NCBI GenBank assembly: GCA_963664815.2
Contig: CAXXHB010000003.1
Location: forward strand, 2,816,001 to 2,880,000
Origin: Spirochaetota bacterium
Lineage (GTDB): Bacteria; Spirochaetota; UBA4802; UBA5550
Direction: 5' to 3'
Length of the DNA stretch: 64,000 nucleotides
Shown: one piece after another, positions 21,491 to 32,427 of the stretch
Numbering within the stretch: the first letter of the stretch is position 1
Layout: each line of letters begins with the position of its first letter
Notes under the pieces: generated by a model
What the model was told of the DNA's origin: nothing
Databases searched by the model: none
The model's input: only the letters and a program-made list of their open reading frames with translations
Position numbers and translations under genes: made by a program

Positions 21491-23197
21491 ATGCATGATT
21501 TTTCAATTACTGATACCAAAACCGGATTTAAAACACTCTCTATTATAAGTAAAGAAAGCGGCAGAGAGATAAAACTTCATTCATCCTATGATCCGGATAA
21601 AGAAGCTGAACGAAGCATAGATGCATTCGATAAAGGGAAATCATCTATAATTTTAGTATCAGGTGTCGGCCTTGCATATCATCTGAAATATATAAAAAAA
21701 AAATATCCTGATGTCAGGATTATTGCACTTGAAAAAGAAAAAGAAATTATAAAAATATGTCTTAAACTCTATCCTGAATATCTTGAAAATATTGCAATAA
21801 TCAATACTGCTGACGACCTCGGAATGATTTTCGAGACAATGAATCTTGCAGATTTTAAAGGGATCGCACATTATATTCACAAACCATCATATCAGCTTAA
21901 TACTGAATTTTATGAAAAGATAATATCAACGATTAAACTGTATATATCTTCCCGTATAAGTGATCTTCTCACCAGATTCGAATTTGAAGAAAAATGGATT
22001 GAAAATATTTTCAGGAATTTAAAACATCTTGAAACTGCCGGAAATGTATCACAGTTATTCGGTAAATTTAAAGGATGCCCGGGAGTAATTGTTTCTGCTG
22101 GCCCATCTCTTAGAAATAATATCAATGAATTAAAAAAAATTAAAAACAAAGCTGTAATAATTGCAGTTGATACCTCTTTTAAAATTCTTGAAAAACATGG
22201 TATAAAACCTCATTTTGTACTGACACTGGACGCACAAAAACAGAGCTTCAAACATTTTTCCGGTATAAATGTTGAGAACACGATACTAATTGCAGATATA
22301 GTAAGTTGCCCTTCCATTCTGAACACATATCCCGGTAGAAAGATAATAAGCACTACTTCAAAATATTTCCAGGATGCAAATGGTGAAATTATCCGCGAGA
22401 CAACGCCTGTAATTGACTGGATAGAAAAACAAAGCGGTCAATTAGGAGACGTTCAATCCGGAGGTTCTGTTGCCACCAGCGCTTTTGATCTGCTTCTGAA
22501 TATGGGCTGTAATCCTGTTGTTCTGGTAGGTCAGGACCTGGCATATTCAGGAAGAGAGTACCATTGCAGCGGAACTTACCATAATGATGACTGGATCCCG
22601 AATATAAACAGACTGAATAATCTTGATACTATTAATCAGAATATTATCAGAAAAAGAAAAACAAAATATGTAACTAAATATGGCAGTCAAGGAACGGTTA
22701 TATCTGACTTTGTGTTTGATTTATATAAATCATGGTTTGAAGATTCTGCGGATAGAGTATCAATATCTGTTGTAAATTCTACCTGCGGCGGATCAAAGAT
22801 TAAAAATACTGTAGAGATGGAATTAGTTGACGCAATTAAAAAAAATAAAAACAATATTGATCCTTCACCAACTATCGAAAAAATCGCATCAACCGGAACT
22901 GATATCGACATAACAGTTTTAAAAGCTGCATTGTCAGATGCATATAATAAATTGAATGAAATTATTGACTTAACGAACTCTGATGATCCGGACGAAACTG
23001 TTATTGAAAGAATTAATTCATTGCTGGATAATGAGGATATACATGCCTTAATGAAACCACTTATGAGAAAATCTCAATTTTATATTTCAAGGCACTCATT
23101 TGAAGCAGATAAAACTAAAAATATTGTATATAATGATGTAAGAATATCTGCCCGAAAAATATCCGGATTTATAAAATCATCTGGTATGATCGGGTAA
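21491..23197 (+). CDS. Motility-associated factor (Maf/DUF115) flagellin glycosyltransferase-like protein
   Basis: LHSSYDP.KEA, VIVSAGPSL, GIKPHFVLTLD, GGSVATSA, LVGQDLAY. Confidence 0.88.
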   Translation: MHDFSITDTKTGFKTLSIISKESGREIKLHSSYDPDKEAERSIDAFDKGKSSIILVSGVGLAYHLKYIKKKYPDVRIIALEKEKEIIKICLKLYPEYLENIAIINTADDLGMIFETMNLADFKGIAHYIHKPSYQLNTEFYEKIISTIKLYISSRISDLLTRFEFEEKWIENIFRNLKHLETAGNVSQLFGKFKGCPGVIVSAGPSLRNNINELKKIKNKAVIIAVDTSFKILEKHGIKPHFVLTLDAQKQSFKHFSGINVENTILIADIVSCPSILNTYPGRKIISTTSKYFQDANGEIIRETTPVIDWIEKQSGQLGDVQSGGSVATSAFDLLLNMGCNPVVLVGQDLAYSGREYHCSGTYHNDDWIPNINRLNNLDTINQNIIRKRKTKYVTKYGSQGTVISDFVFDLYKSWFEDSADRVSISVVNSTCGGSKIKNTVEMELVDAIKKNKNNIDPSPTIEKIASTGTDIDITVLKAALSDAYNKLNEIIDLTNSDDPDETVIERINSLLDNEDIHALMKPLMRKSQFYISRHSFEADKTKNIVYNDVRISARKISGFIKSSGMIG

Positions 23198-23244
23198 TTA
23201 AGATACCAGGATAATTTTTAAATTATGACATTACGGATGAAAAG

Positions 23245-24066
23245 ATGAAGAAAAAAATTTTATACATCATATTAATACTCTCATTTTCAGAATATACATT
23301 TGCAGGAAATATAAACAGTCATATTGACTGGATCGAATATAAAGTAAAGGCAGTCGGGAATAGCAGTATGGCTATTGATGAAAACGGTTCACCCATTGAC
23401 ATGGAAACCGGAAAACAACTTTCAATTACTGATGCAAGAAATATTTCGTATGAGAGAGCTAAAGAAAAAGCCCTTATTGAGGCTATTAATATTATAAGTA
23501 ATATTGATGTTGATACAGAAAAAAAAATGAAAGACCTGATTCTTAATGATCCCGTAGTAAGACAAAAAATCTCAAGAATCATTGAAGAACAGTCACATTA
23601 TAAAGACAAACCATCCAGTTATCTTTCATCAATATGTGAATTGGAATTTAATCTTGGATATCTGCTAACTGCCATTAATTATCCTTTTCCATACGAGAAT
23701 TTCCCGTTAAGAAATGATATTGAAATCCCGACGATGTATACATCATTAATAATTGATGTAAGAAGTCTTGGAATAAAACCTATGCTGATTCCATCTGTTC
23801 TTAATGAAAATGGTCTTGAAATTTATAATAAAAATTTTATAAATCCATCCGATGCCGTAAAGTACGGTCCCGTATCTTATGTTTACAATGAAAAAGATGC
23901 GATCAAACATAAAAAAGCAGGCAAACACCCTCTATTTTGTTCTGCTCTGAAAAATATGAATGGCAACCCTGTAATTTCAGACATTGATGTAAAAAAGATA
24001 TTGAGTCATAAAAAAAATATTGAATATTTAAGTAAATGCAGAGTAATATTTATAATCAACAGGTAA
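23245..24066 (+). CDS. Exported hypothetical protein
   Basis: Signal peptide; IIDVRSL..PMLIP.VLNENG.EIY pattern. Confidence 0.7.
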   Translation: MKKKILYIILILSFSEYTFAGNINSHIDWIEYKVKAVGNSSMAIDENGSPIDMETGKQLSITDARNISYERAKEKALIEAINIISNIDVDTEKKMKDLILNDPVVRQKISRIIEEQSHYKDKPSSYLSSICELEFNLGYLLTAINYPFPYENFPLRNDIEIPTMYTSLIIDVRSLGIKPMLIPSVLNENGLEIYNKNFINPSDAVKYGPVSYVYNEKDAIKHKKAGKHPLFCSALKNMNGNPVISDIDVKKILSHKKNIEYLSKCRVIFIINR

Positions 24067-24070
24067 TTAA

Positions 24071-24745
24071 ATGAATCCAGTTTTTAAAATACTATCTTCA
24101 ATAATTATAAAAATCAATAATATCATTGATTCCATGAGTCTTAAAAATATAGAAGCCATAAAAAGGGGTTTCTACTTTTTTATTTTTGTAATGTCAGTAG
24201 CCGGAATAATTTTTGGATACAATATGGGAACCAAATCCGCTAAAATTAAAAGCGATCCCCTTGCAGAATTTGTAAATGATACATTTAAGATTGACATCAA
24301 CAAAGAAAAAGCCGATGGAGATTTTTCACAATTACTTGAAAGTGAAATTATTAATGAATCCCCTATAAATAATTTTAATAAAACCAGTTTCCCAATAAGA
24401 GAAAATCTCAATCCTGAAATAAACAAAGAGGCGATTGAGTCAGCAAATAAAATTCCGGAACCTGATGTTGCAGACAAGCCTTTAAAACCTGAAACACCAA
24501 TTGATGAAAAAAATAATTCAATCCAGAATGTAGAAAATCAATCTGTAAAAATAGTAGATAAACAATTTAAAGAAAACAAGACAGATGGTATTATAATCAA
24601 AAATATTGATGAACAAAAAATAACCCCTGAAAATAAAACCAGAGAAGATAAAGTAAAAAATAAAAACATAATTGATATTATTGAAAAAGATAAAAAAGTT
24701 GTTCCGGAGCCAATAAAAAAAGATACTGGAATTATTAATAAATGA
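24071..24745 (+). CDS. Single-pass membrane hypothetical protein
   Basis: One TM helix near N-terminus, charged low-complexity tail; operon-tight spacing. Confidence 0.7.
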   Translation: MNPVFKILSSIIIKINNIIDSMSLKNIEAIKRGFYFFIFVMSVAGIIFGYNMGTKSAKIKSDPLAEFVNDTFKIDINKEKADGDFSQLLESEIINESPINNFNKTSFPIRENLNPEINKEAIESANKIPEPDVADKPLKPETPIDEKNNSIQNVENQSVKIVDKQFKENKTDGIIIKNIDEQKITPENKTREDKVKNKNIIDIIEKDKKVVPEPIKKDTGIINK

Positions 24746-25620
24746 AAAATTTCACACTAATACTCCTGATTCTTTTCACAATCCCTGTATTTTCAAAAGA
24801 TTATCATAAAACTGAAGAGATGATCAATAGTATTCTTAAGGAAGAAAGCAATACAAACAGCAAAGCAACAGAACAGACAGTTATATCTTCCGATGAAAAA
24901 ACTTCTGGAAAAGACAAAGAAAATATTAAAAATACGGGAGATGAGAAAAATACAAAAAACCAGAATACAGCAATGTCAGGCAATGATGAAGTTCTTCTGA
25001 AAACAGGGATACAATTATTTGAAAGCGGACTTCTTGATCATTCTCTTGCAAGATTTACAGATTTAATTAAAAATTATCCGACAAGTAAATTTTTAAATAA
25101 TGCACGCATGTTCGCAGGTAAAATATACTTAAAAAAATATCAGTATGATGACGCGATAAAACAATTTGATGAGATTAAAGAACAATCCGGTGAATACCAG
25201 GCAGCATTGTTTTATAAAGCAGAAGCTTACAGATATAAAGGTGATCAGATAAACGCAATTGAATATTATCAGAAATTATCATCCTCTTATCCTGAAAATG
25301 AACTTGCAGATAATGCAATTTTAGCTGCAGGCAAGCTTTATCTGAACAGTAATAAAGGTTATCAGTCACTTGAATGTGCAATAAAGATTATACGTTATTA
25401 CAAAGAAAGAGAAACTATTGATGATGCCTATTATCTTATCGCTAAAATATATGAAAAAGATCCCATTCTAAAAGATCTTGAAATGTCCAGAAAATTTTAT
25501 AAACTTTTTCTCCAGAAAGCAGAACAGAATCAAAAGTATTTCTCTGATTCCCCTCTCATACCGGTAATTAATAAAGATCTAGAGCATCTAGAAAAAACAT
25601 ACTTTAAATTTGAGAATTGA
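24742..25620 (+). CDS. Exported TPR protein (BamD/YbgF-like repeats)
   Basis: Signal peptide; LIKNYPTS, ALFYKAEAY, SYPENELADNA repeats; ATGA-type overlap with upstream gene. Confidence 0.82.
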   Translation: MKNFTLILLILFTIPVFSKDYHKTEEMINSILKEESNTNSKATEQTVISSDEKTSGKDKENIKNTGDEKNTKNQNTAMSGNDEVLLKTGIQLFESGLLDHSLARFTDLIKNYPTSKFLNNARMFAGKIYLKKYQYDDAIKQFDEIKEQSGEYQAALFYKAEAYRYKGDQINAIEYYQKLSSSYPENELADNAILAAGKLYLNSNKGYQSLECAIKIIRYYKERETIDDAYYLIAKIYEKDPILKDLEMSRKFYKLFLQKAEQNQKYFSDSPLIPVINKDLEHLEKTYFKFEN

Positions 25621-25660
25621 ACACTTTACAATATTATATTTTTACACTATATTTATCTAC

Positions 25661-25696
25661 AAAAAAGACTGCCTTTGCGGACAGTCTCTTTTTTTT
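25661..25696. terminator. Bidirectional intrinsic terminator
   Basis: AAAAAAGACTG...CAGTCTCTTTTTTT between convergent TPR gene and fusA. Confidence 0.75.
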
Positions 25697-25718
25697 ATAT
25701 ATAGTATGCTGCTTCTCT

Positions 25719-27791
25719 TTATTTTTCTTTCTTTTTTTCTTCAATTTTCTTTAAAACTTTTTCCTGAACTTCTTTTGGGGAAGGAAGATATTTATGAAAC
25801 TCCATTGAATAATTCGCCCTGCCGCTTGAAATATTCCGGAGCTGTGTAGCATACCCGAACATCTCCATAAGTGGAACAAACCCATTAAGTTTTTGTGCAC
25901 CCTTCCTGTATCTTCTCATGGATTCAATCTTCCCTCTTCTTCTGTTAATATCACCGATTACATCTCCGATGTAATCATCGGGAGTATTTACCTCCAGCTT
26001 CATTATCGGTTCAAGAAGAATCGGATTACATTTTAAAAATGCCTGTTTAAAAGCAATAGCGGCACATATTCTAAAAGCCATATCAGAGGAATCTACATCA
26101 TGATATGTCCCGTCTATAAGGACAACTTTCACATCAACAATCGGGAATCCAGCCAGAATACCCATAGCAAGAGTTGATTCAATTCCTTTCTGAACAGATG
26201 GGATAAACTCTGCCGGGATTGCTCCCCCTTTAATATGATCTATAAATTCAAAACCTTTACCTTCATTCGGCTCAACACGCATGACAACATGAGCATACTG
26301 GCCTTTTCCTCCGGTCTGTTTTGAATGTTTGTAATTTACTTCATACTCGGAGGTTAATGTTTCCCTGAATGCAACTGAAGGTTCGCCAACTATTGCTTCT
26401 ACATTGAATTCATGCTTTAGTCTATCAATTATTATCTCAAGATGAAGTTCACCCATACCTGAAATAATTGTTTCATTGGTTTCATCATCATACCTCACAT
26501 TAAAAGACGGATCCTCCATAGCAAGTTTTCTTAACCCGGCTCCAAGTTTTTCATCTTCTTTCTTTGTTGGAGGAGCGACTTTCAACTCAATAACAGTCGG
26601 AGGTATAAAAATAGATTCAAGAAAAAGCGGATAGTCGGGGTCACAGAGAGTATCTCCAGTTTTGGTATACTTCATACCAATGAGAGCAACTATCTCTCCC
26701 GGGCCGGCAGTCTCAACATCCTCCCTTTCATTGGCACGTATTCTTAAAATACGGCCGATTCTCTCCTCTTTATCTTTTGTGGAATTATATACCTGCATCC
26801 CGGTTTTCATTTCTCCGGAATAGATCCTTACAAAAGTTTGCTGCCCTACATAATTGTCATGTATCAGTTTAAAAGCAAGCCCGCAAAAGGGATCTTTTGA
26901 AGAAGGGTGCCTTGTATGTGTTTTTTCAGGATTATCTATATCAAGACCTATTGTCGAACCAACGTCAACCGGAGATGGCAGGTAATCTACTATCGCATCA
27001 AGAAGCAGGTGGACGCCTTTATTTTTATAAGATGATCCGCAAAAGACTGGAGTTATCATTACTTTGAGAGTAGCTTCTCTTGCCGCTCTTTTCAGCAACT
27101 CGGTTTCCACATCTTTGCCTTCAAGGAATAGCTCCATTATCTCTTCATTGTAATCAGCAATTTTTTCAATCAGAAACTGCCTTGCCTCTTCGACCCTCTC
27201 TTTATACTCTGCTGGTATTTCAATTTCCCTTTTTGCATACTCTTCAAAAATGTATGCCTTTCTTTCTATAACATCAATCGATCCCTGAAAATTATCCTCA
27301 GCACCAATAGGAACATGAAATGGAACTGGATTTGCGTCGAGATACTTGTCCATCTGACTTACTGCTTCATTGAAATCAGCACCTATTCTATCCATTTTAT
27401 TGACAAATGCAATCCTTGGCACTTTATATCTGTCAGCCTGGTTCCAGACAGTTTCACTCTGAGGCTCAACACCTGATACAGCACAGAAAAGAGCAACCAT
27501 GCCATCTATTACCCGGAGTGATCTTTCAACTTCAACTGTGAAATCCACGTGACCTGGCGTATCAATAATGTTTATCTGATAATCTTTCCATGAACATGAG
27601 ATTGCCGCAGATGCAATAGTTATACCTCGCTCCTGTTCCTGTTTCATAAAATCCATTGTTGCCTGCCCATCATGGACTTCGCCGAGTTTTCTGGTAGTAC
27701 CGGTAAAAAAAAGTAGTCTCTCTGTAGTAGTAGTTTTTCCTGCATCAATATGTGCCGCAATACCGATATTACGGAGTTTTTGTAATGGCAT
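25719..27791 (-). CDS. fusA: Elongation factor G (stand-alone copy, outside rpsL-rpsG-tuf)
   Basis: [40 protein letters not shown]; GAGGTG RBS before ATG 27791. Confidence 0.96.
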   Translation of the reverse strand: MPLQKLRNIGIAAHIDAGKTTTTERLLFFTGTTRKLGEVHDGQATMDFMKQEQERGITIASAAISCSWKDYQINIIDTPGHVDFTVEVERSLRVIDGMVALFCAVSGVEPQSETVWNQADRYKVPRIAFVNKMDRIGADFNEAVSQMDKYLDANPVPFHVPIGAEDNFQGSIDVIERKAYIFEEYAKREIEIPAEYKERVEEARQFLIEKIADYNEEIMELFLEGKDVETELLKRAAREATLKVMITPVFCGSSYKNKGVHLLLDAIVDYLPSPVDVGSTIGLDIDNPEKTHTRHPSSKDPFCGLAFKLIHDNYVGQQTFVRIYSGEMKTGMQVYNSTKDKEERIGRILRIRANEREDVETAGPGEIVALIGMKYTKTGDTLCDPDYPLFLESIFIPPTVIELKVAPPTKKEDEKLGAGLRKLAMEDPSFNVRYDDETNETIISGMGELHLEIIIDRLKHEFNVEAIVGEPSVAFRETLTSEYEVNYKHSKQTGGKGQYAHVVMRVEPNEGKGFEFIDHIKGGAIPAEFIPSVQKGIESTLAMGILAGFPIVDVKVVLIDGTYHDVDSSDMAFRICAAIAFKQAFLKCNPILLEPIMKLEVNTPDDYIGDVIGDINRRRGKIESMRRYRKGAQKLNGFVPLMEMFGYATQLRNISSGRANYSMEFHKYLPSPKEVQEKVLKKIEEKKKEK

Positions 27792-27955
27792 ATACACCTC
27801 ACCTGTTTATAATGACATAGTTATATAGAATTTAACTTATTTTCCGCCGGAAGTTTTTTATTGATTAATTACAAATATAAAGCCGGGCAATAATAAATTT
27901 TTCATATCAATCAAGTCAGGATGGCATATTCAAATCTGTGGTCATTTATGTCAAA

Positions 27956-28444
27956 TTATTTTTGATTTGTCGAAATTTTTAATAAATCAAGCTGTATTTC
28001 CGAATTATATGCAGCAGATGTACCTGGATGTTCTGCTACAATATAATTAAAAATTGATTCTGCTTTTGAATCAAACCCCATTTTTTTATAACATACACCT
28101 ATCTGAAAATATGCATCAATTCCCTCATCAGTATTACTGAATTCCTGGTAAAGCTGCCTATATGCATCTATTGCTTTCTGATAGTTAAAAAAACGTATAT
28201 GTATTTCTGCGATTTTTTTAAAAGCTTCATTCCGATGTATGCCATCATAGTATATTTCGATGTATTCATTGAATTCATCAAGAGCCCTGTCGAATTTTTC
28301 CAGTTTATAAAATTCTATCGCATTTTGAAACTTCATATCATCAGCAACTTTTTTTAAACTGGTATTACCAGCGTTTTCTCCGGCTGAAAAACATATCACT
28401 GAATATGATATCAAAAAGAAGAAAAACATAAGCTTTATTTTCAT
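27956..28444 (-). CDS. Exported TPR protein
   Basis: Signal peptide; AYFQIGVCY...IVAEHPGT TPR pattern. Confidence 0.8.
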   Translation of the reverse strand: MKIKLMFFFFLISYSVICFSAGENAGNTSLKKVADDMKFQNAIEFYKLEKFDRALDEFNEYIEIYYDGIHRNEAFKKIAEIHIRFFNYQKAIDAYRQLYQEFSNTDEGIDAYFQIGVCYKKMGFDSKAESIFNYIVAEHPGTSAAYNSEIQLDLLKISTNQK

Positions 28445-28786
28445 TTTATCACCTATTATGTCACATTATATTTCATAATAATAATTAACTAACCAGAATT
28501 TAAATAATTATAAAAATAGATAATTAAACATGACTTTTAACTCAAAAGAGGTTTCTCCAGAGTCATCTATTAATAATAATTTTCTCAAATTAAGCTAAAT
28601 AATAAATATTGAAATCAATATTACATATTATAAGTTACTTGACAAACATTTTTTCGTTTATAATTAATAAAGATAATTTGTTTTCGACAGAGAAAAATAT
28701 TATTTTTGTTTAATACTGATATCTGAGTATCAGGATATATTATTCTGATACAATAAACATTAAAATTAACACTGGTTATATAAGTA

Positions 28787-29152
28787 ATGAAAAAAATCGC
28801 AATAATTGAAGATGACTTGGTTATCAGGGAAAGTCTTAAAGAGATCCTCGAAATGAATAATTACGAGGTTCTTGCTGTTGATAACGGAATGGATTTAACA
28901 AAAAAAGTTCATGAATTTCTCCCTGATATTCTCATCACTGATATAATTATGCCGGATAAAGATGGAATTGAAATAATAATAGAAGTAAAAAAAACATATC
29001 CCAACATAATACTTATTGCCATATCAGGCGGCGGCAGAATAGATTCAGAAAGTTATCTCAATACAGCCAAATATCTTGGTGCAGATGCAACTCTAAAAAA
29101 ACCATTTACTCATACTCAACTTCTAAATATTTTAAAACATTTTGCAGACTGA
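28787..29152 (+). CDS. Single-domain response regulator (CheY-like)
   Basis: IIEDD, PDILITDIIMPDKDG, AISGG, KPF. Confidence 0.93.
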   Translation: MKKIAIIEDDLVIRESLKEILEMNNYEVLAVDNGMDLTKKVHEFLPDILITDIIMPDKDGIEIIIEVKKTYPNIILIAISGGGRIDSESYLNTAKYLGADATLKKPFTHTQLLNILKHFAD

Positions 29153-29163
29153 TAACCAGAATA

Positions 29164-29652
29164 ATGTTTCCTGAAATTCGAGAAATCAATGATGAAAAAG
29201 ATTTAAAAAAATTTCTTCCTGTTATATTAAAGTCATTCGCAACAGTATCTGATGAATTTAATTTAACTAAAGAAAACGCTCCTACAAATCCTTCTTTTCT
29301 GACTATAGAAAGACTTAATGAAATTTATAAAAAAATCAGATGCTTCGGACTTTATTATAATGGTACTCCAATAGGATTTTTCGGACTTGAAGAATCAAAT
29401 GATTCACTGATTATATTGGAAAAACTCTCTGTCTTGCCAAGTTTCAGACATAATGGATATGGTAAAATGATTCTTGATTACTCGGTTAGTTTTGCCTATA
29501 ATAATAACTTTACATGTATATCAGCAGCAATAATAAACATGAACAAAAGACTTAAAGACTGGTATTTAAATTATGGTTTCAAAGAAACTAATATTACTAA
29601 CTTTGCTCATCTTCCCTTTGAGGTATGTTTCATGGAATTCACTGTTAAATAA
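29164..29652 (+). CDS. GNAT N-acetyltransferase
   Basis: LSVLPSFRHNGYG acetyl-CoA motif; WY..YGF. Confidence 0.88.
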   Translation: MFPEIREINDEKDLKKFLPVILKSFATVSDEFNLTKENAPTNPSFLTIERLNEIYKKIRCFGLYYNGTPIGFFGLEESNDSLIILEKLSVLPSFRHNGYGKMILDYSVSFAYNNNFTCISAAIINMNKRLKDWYLNYGFKETNITNFAHLPFEVCFMEFTVK

Positions 29653-29664
29653 GATATTCAAAAT

Positions 29665-30099
29665 ATGCTTCCATGTACAATTCGCCAAGCCAGGTTTACC
29701 GATATTGAATCAGTTCTTGAAATTGAAAAACAGTCTATCAACTCCTGGACATATAATCAATTCATTCAGGAGTTAAATCATGAATTCTCGGTTTTTCTGA
29801 TAGCTGAACATGAAGGTTTAATAGCAGGCTACCTCATAGCATGGAAAATTGCTGATGAGATACAGCTTAACAGCATTGCTGTAAGCAACAATTTCAGAAA
29901 ACACGGAATCGGCAGCAAACTACTATCAGAATTGACTACCAATAAATCAGATAATATATATTCTTCAATTTTCCTCGAAGTAAGAAGTAAAAATAATGAT
30001 GCAATCAATTTTTATTTAGATAACGGCTTTACAAAAACAGGACTCAGAAAGAAATATTATACTGATGACGATGCAGTTATAATGGAGAAAAAGTTATAA
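29665..30099 (+). CDS. rimI: Ribosomal protein S18-alanine N-acetyltransferase
   Basis: IAV...RKHGIG, FLEVRSKN..AI.FY..GF...GLRKKYY..DAVIM. Confidence 0.9.
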   Translation: MLPCTIRQARFTDIESVLEIEKQSINSWTYNQFIQELNHEFSVFLIAEHEGLIAGYLIAWKIADEIQLNSIAVSNNFRKHGIGSKLLSELTTNKSDNIYSSIFLEVRSKNNDAINFYLDNGFTKTGLRKKYYTDDDAVIMEKKL

Positions 30100-30696
30100 A
30101 TGAAAATTAAAAGTGCCTCTTTTTTAAAAAGCTGTACCGGATTTTCACAATTTCCGGCATATGATCATCCAGAGTTTGCTTTTTTTGGACGATCAAACGT
30201 AGGCAAATCCTCACTTCTTAATATGATTCTTGGTCAGAAAGATCTCGTTAAAACCGGTTCACGTCCAGGTGTAACACAGACTATTAATTTTTTCATAGTT
30301 AATGATAACCGTTCATTTGTAGATCTTCCCGGTTTCGGTTATGCCAAACTTCCTATGACTATAAAAAAGAAACTCATGCCTATGATTGTTGAATATATTG
30401 AAAAACGGGAAAATCTCAAATTGGCTTTTTTGCTTATAGATATAAGAAGAATTCCTGGAGTTTATGAAAAAGATTTAATTGAACTACTTGCTAAAAACAA
30501 AATTCCCGTTGTAATAACATTAACAAAATGTGACAAACTCTCAAAAAATCAGAGACATAAATATATATCTGAAATTCAGAAATCACTTGAGATCGAAAAA
30601 GATTCAATTTTTCTGACGTCATCAGAGACTACTGAAGGGAAAAAAGAGCTTCTAATGCTGATCGATGAATTTTCTCATTCAAAAGCGACCCTATAA
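30100..30696 (+). CDS. engB: Ribosome biogenesis GTPase YihA/YsxC
   Basis: PEFAFFGRSNVGKSSL, PGVTQ, VDLPGFGYAK, TKCDK. Confidence 0.95.
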   Translation: MKIKSASFLKSCTGFSQFPAYDHPEFAFFGRSNVGKSSLLNMILGQKDLVKTGSRPGVTQTINFFIVNDNRSFVDLPGFGYAKLPMTIKKKLMPMIVEYIEKRENLKLAFLLIDIRRIPGVYEKDLIELLAKNKIPVVITLTKCDKLSKNQRHKYISEIQKSLEIEKDSIFLTSSETTEGKKELLMLIDEFSHSKATL

Positions 30697-31287
30697 TTGA
30701 GTCATAAGATACATGATTCTGCTTGCTTTATCCTTCAAAGGAGGAATAGTCATTAAATAAGGAGTTATACTCATTTTTCCCGCAGCTTCCGAATCAGCAT
30801 CCATTTGACGGAGTACATCAATTATGAGTGTTTCATCCCAGTTTGATATTATTTTAGCAGATTCTTCCGGAGGTATATTTGACATTTTGCTGGCAAGTAT
30901 TACAACATTTTTTCTGTATCCTGAATCTTTCTTCCTGTCATTTTCAAGTTTTTTCTGTTCAATCTCCAGCCCTTTCCTGATCTGGTCGAGTTTATCTTTT
31001 TCAGAGTTTATCTCTTTTTCTCTCTCTGCAAGAAGCGCTTCTCTTTTATCAATATCCTCAATACGCTCCTGTAACTTTTCCTTTTCTTTTCCAAATTCCT
31101 CTTTCTCAATCAGAGATGGCTCATCACCGGCAGCATCAAGAGAAAGTTCCGGCTCTCCTTTTAAAGTACTGAATTTTGACTCAAGATTAATGAGCCCGAT
31201 ATTATCAAGCCAGAAGATACCAACTCCAGCTAAAAAGAATATAAGTATTACCAGATATAATATTTTTGATCTGTTTGATACCATCAT
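30691..31287 (-). CDS. flbB: Periplasmic flagellar collar protein FlbB
   Basis: N-terminal TM with FWLD..G, coiled coil, PPEES...IIDVLR..D...S..PYL; follows fliJ as in spirochaetes. Confidence 0.85.
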   Translation of the reverse strand: MMVSNRSKILYLVILIFFLAGVGIFWLDNIGLINLESKFSTLKGEPELSLDAAGDEPSLIEKEEFGKEKEKLQERIEDIDKREALLAEREKEINSEKDKLDQIRKGLEIEQKKLENDRKKDSGYRKNVVILASKMSNIPPEESAKIISNWDETLIIDVLRQMDADSEAAGKMSITPYLMTIPPLKDKASRIMYLMTQL

Positions 31288-31387
31288 AAACTTTGCTCCG
31301 TTAATATTTAAAAAGATTTAACTATCTGATACATTTCTTCTTGTTTTCCAAAAGCGGAATATTATACCGCAGAGCCTTTATTAACAT

Positions 31388-31966
31388 TTACCTTCCGCTT
31401 TCCTTTTTATATAGCTCTATTACTTTTTTCACATATTCGCGTGTTTCTTTAAAATCCGGAATCCCACCTGCTTTATCAACATTTCCTTGACCGGCATTAT
31501 AAGCTGCAAGTGCCAGCTTATAATTACCATTATTATGGTCTATAAGATCTCTCAGAAATGTAACCCCGCCTTTGATATTTTCTTCTGGATCAAATGGATT
31601 TTCAACTCCCAGCCCCATTGCTGTTTCAGGCATGAGCTGCATAAGCCCCATAGCTCCTTTTGGAGAAAGAGCATCTGTCCGATAACCAGATTCGGCCTGT
31701 ATTACAGAACGAACAAGCGGGGCTGGTACTCCTTTCTTCTGTGAATAATAATTTACCAATTTGTCTATATCCTTTTTTGTTACACTCTCCTCTTCATTTA
31801 AACCATAATCAGCATCAATGCGCCCGATAGCCTCATCTGTCATCTTATTAAAACTTCTGTCCTTATCCGGAACAGAAGATGATATGTTGGTTTTATTGAG
31901 ACCAAACCTGCTCTTAATCTCATTTATTCTATGCATGACATTGTACATATCTTCTATCATAAACAC
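31388..31966 (-). CDS. Soluble lytic transglycosylase (SLT domain)
   Basis: VIQAESG, ALSPKGAMGLMQLMP, ALAAYNAG, ETREYV. Confidence 0.93.
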   Translation of the reverse strand: MFMIEDMYNVMHRINEIKSRFGLNKTNISSSVPDKDRSFNKMTDEAIGRIDADYGLNEEESVTKKDIDKLVNYYSQKKGVPAPLVRSVIQAESGYRTDALSPKGAMGLMQLMPETAMGLGVENPFDPEENIKGGVTFLRDLIDHNNGNYKLALAAYNAGQGNVDKAGGIPDFKETREYVKKVIELYKKESGR

Positions 31967-31967
31967 C

Positions 31968-32417
31968 TCACATTAATTTTCTATGATAAAGTTTCTGGTT
32001 CATATCATCATTTTCTTTTGCAATCTCTTTATTAATCTCATATTCATATTCTTCGAATTTACGGTCTTTTAACTTTTCCACAACTTTTTTATCTCTTGAG
32101 GCAACAACAAGTTTTTCCCTTATTCTGTCCACTTCGGGCTGGATACTATCTATTCTTCTCTGTGCTTCTATTATAGCCCTCCTTGCTGTGTCAGTATACC
32201 TCATTATTGACATTATCTCTTCCGCGGAAAACACTTCATTTTTTATTCTCTCACTATATTGAAGCTCATACTTTCTGATTTTTCCTTTTAATTCTTCCTG
32301 GTAAACTCTTTCTTTATTCTGCATACTTAATACTTTCATTAATTCATTTTTTACTTCTGTTTCTCTCGCTTCCCTTATATCAAGAAGCTTCTGAAGATTA
32401 AAACGGAATTTCTTCAC
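31968..32417 (-). CDS. fliJ: Flagellar export chaperone FliJ
   Basis: MKKFRFNLQKLL.IR...E, KVVEKLK..; position after fliI. Confidence 0.92.
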   Translation of the reverse strand: MKKFRFNLQKLLDIREARETEVKNELMKVLSMQNKERVYQEELKGKIRKYELQYSERIKNEVFSAEEIMSIMRYTDTARRAIIEAQRRIDSIQPEVDRIREKLVVASRDKKVVEKLKDRKFEEYEYEINKEIAKENDDMNQKLYHRKLM

Positions 32418-32427
32418 TTGCTGTTAC

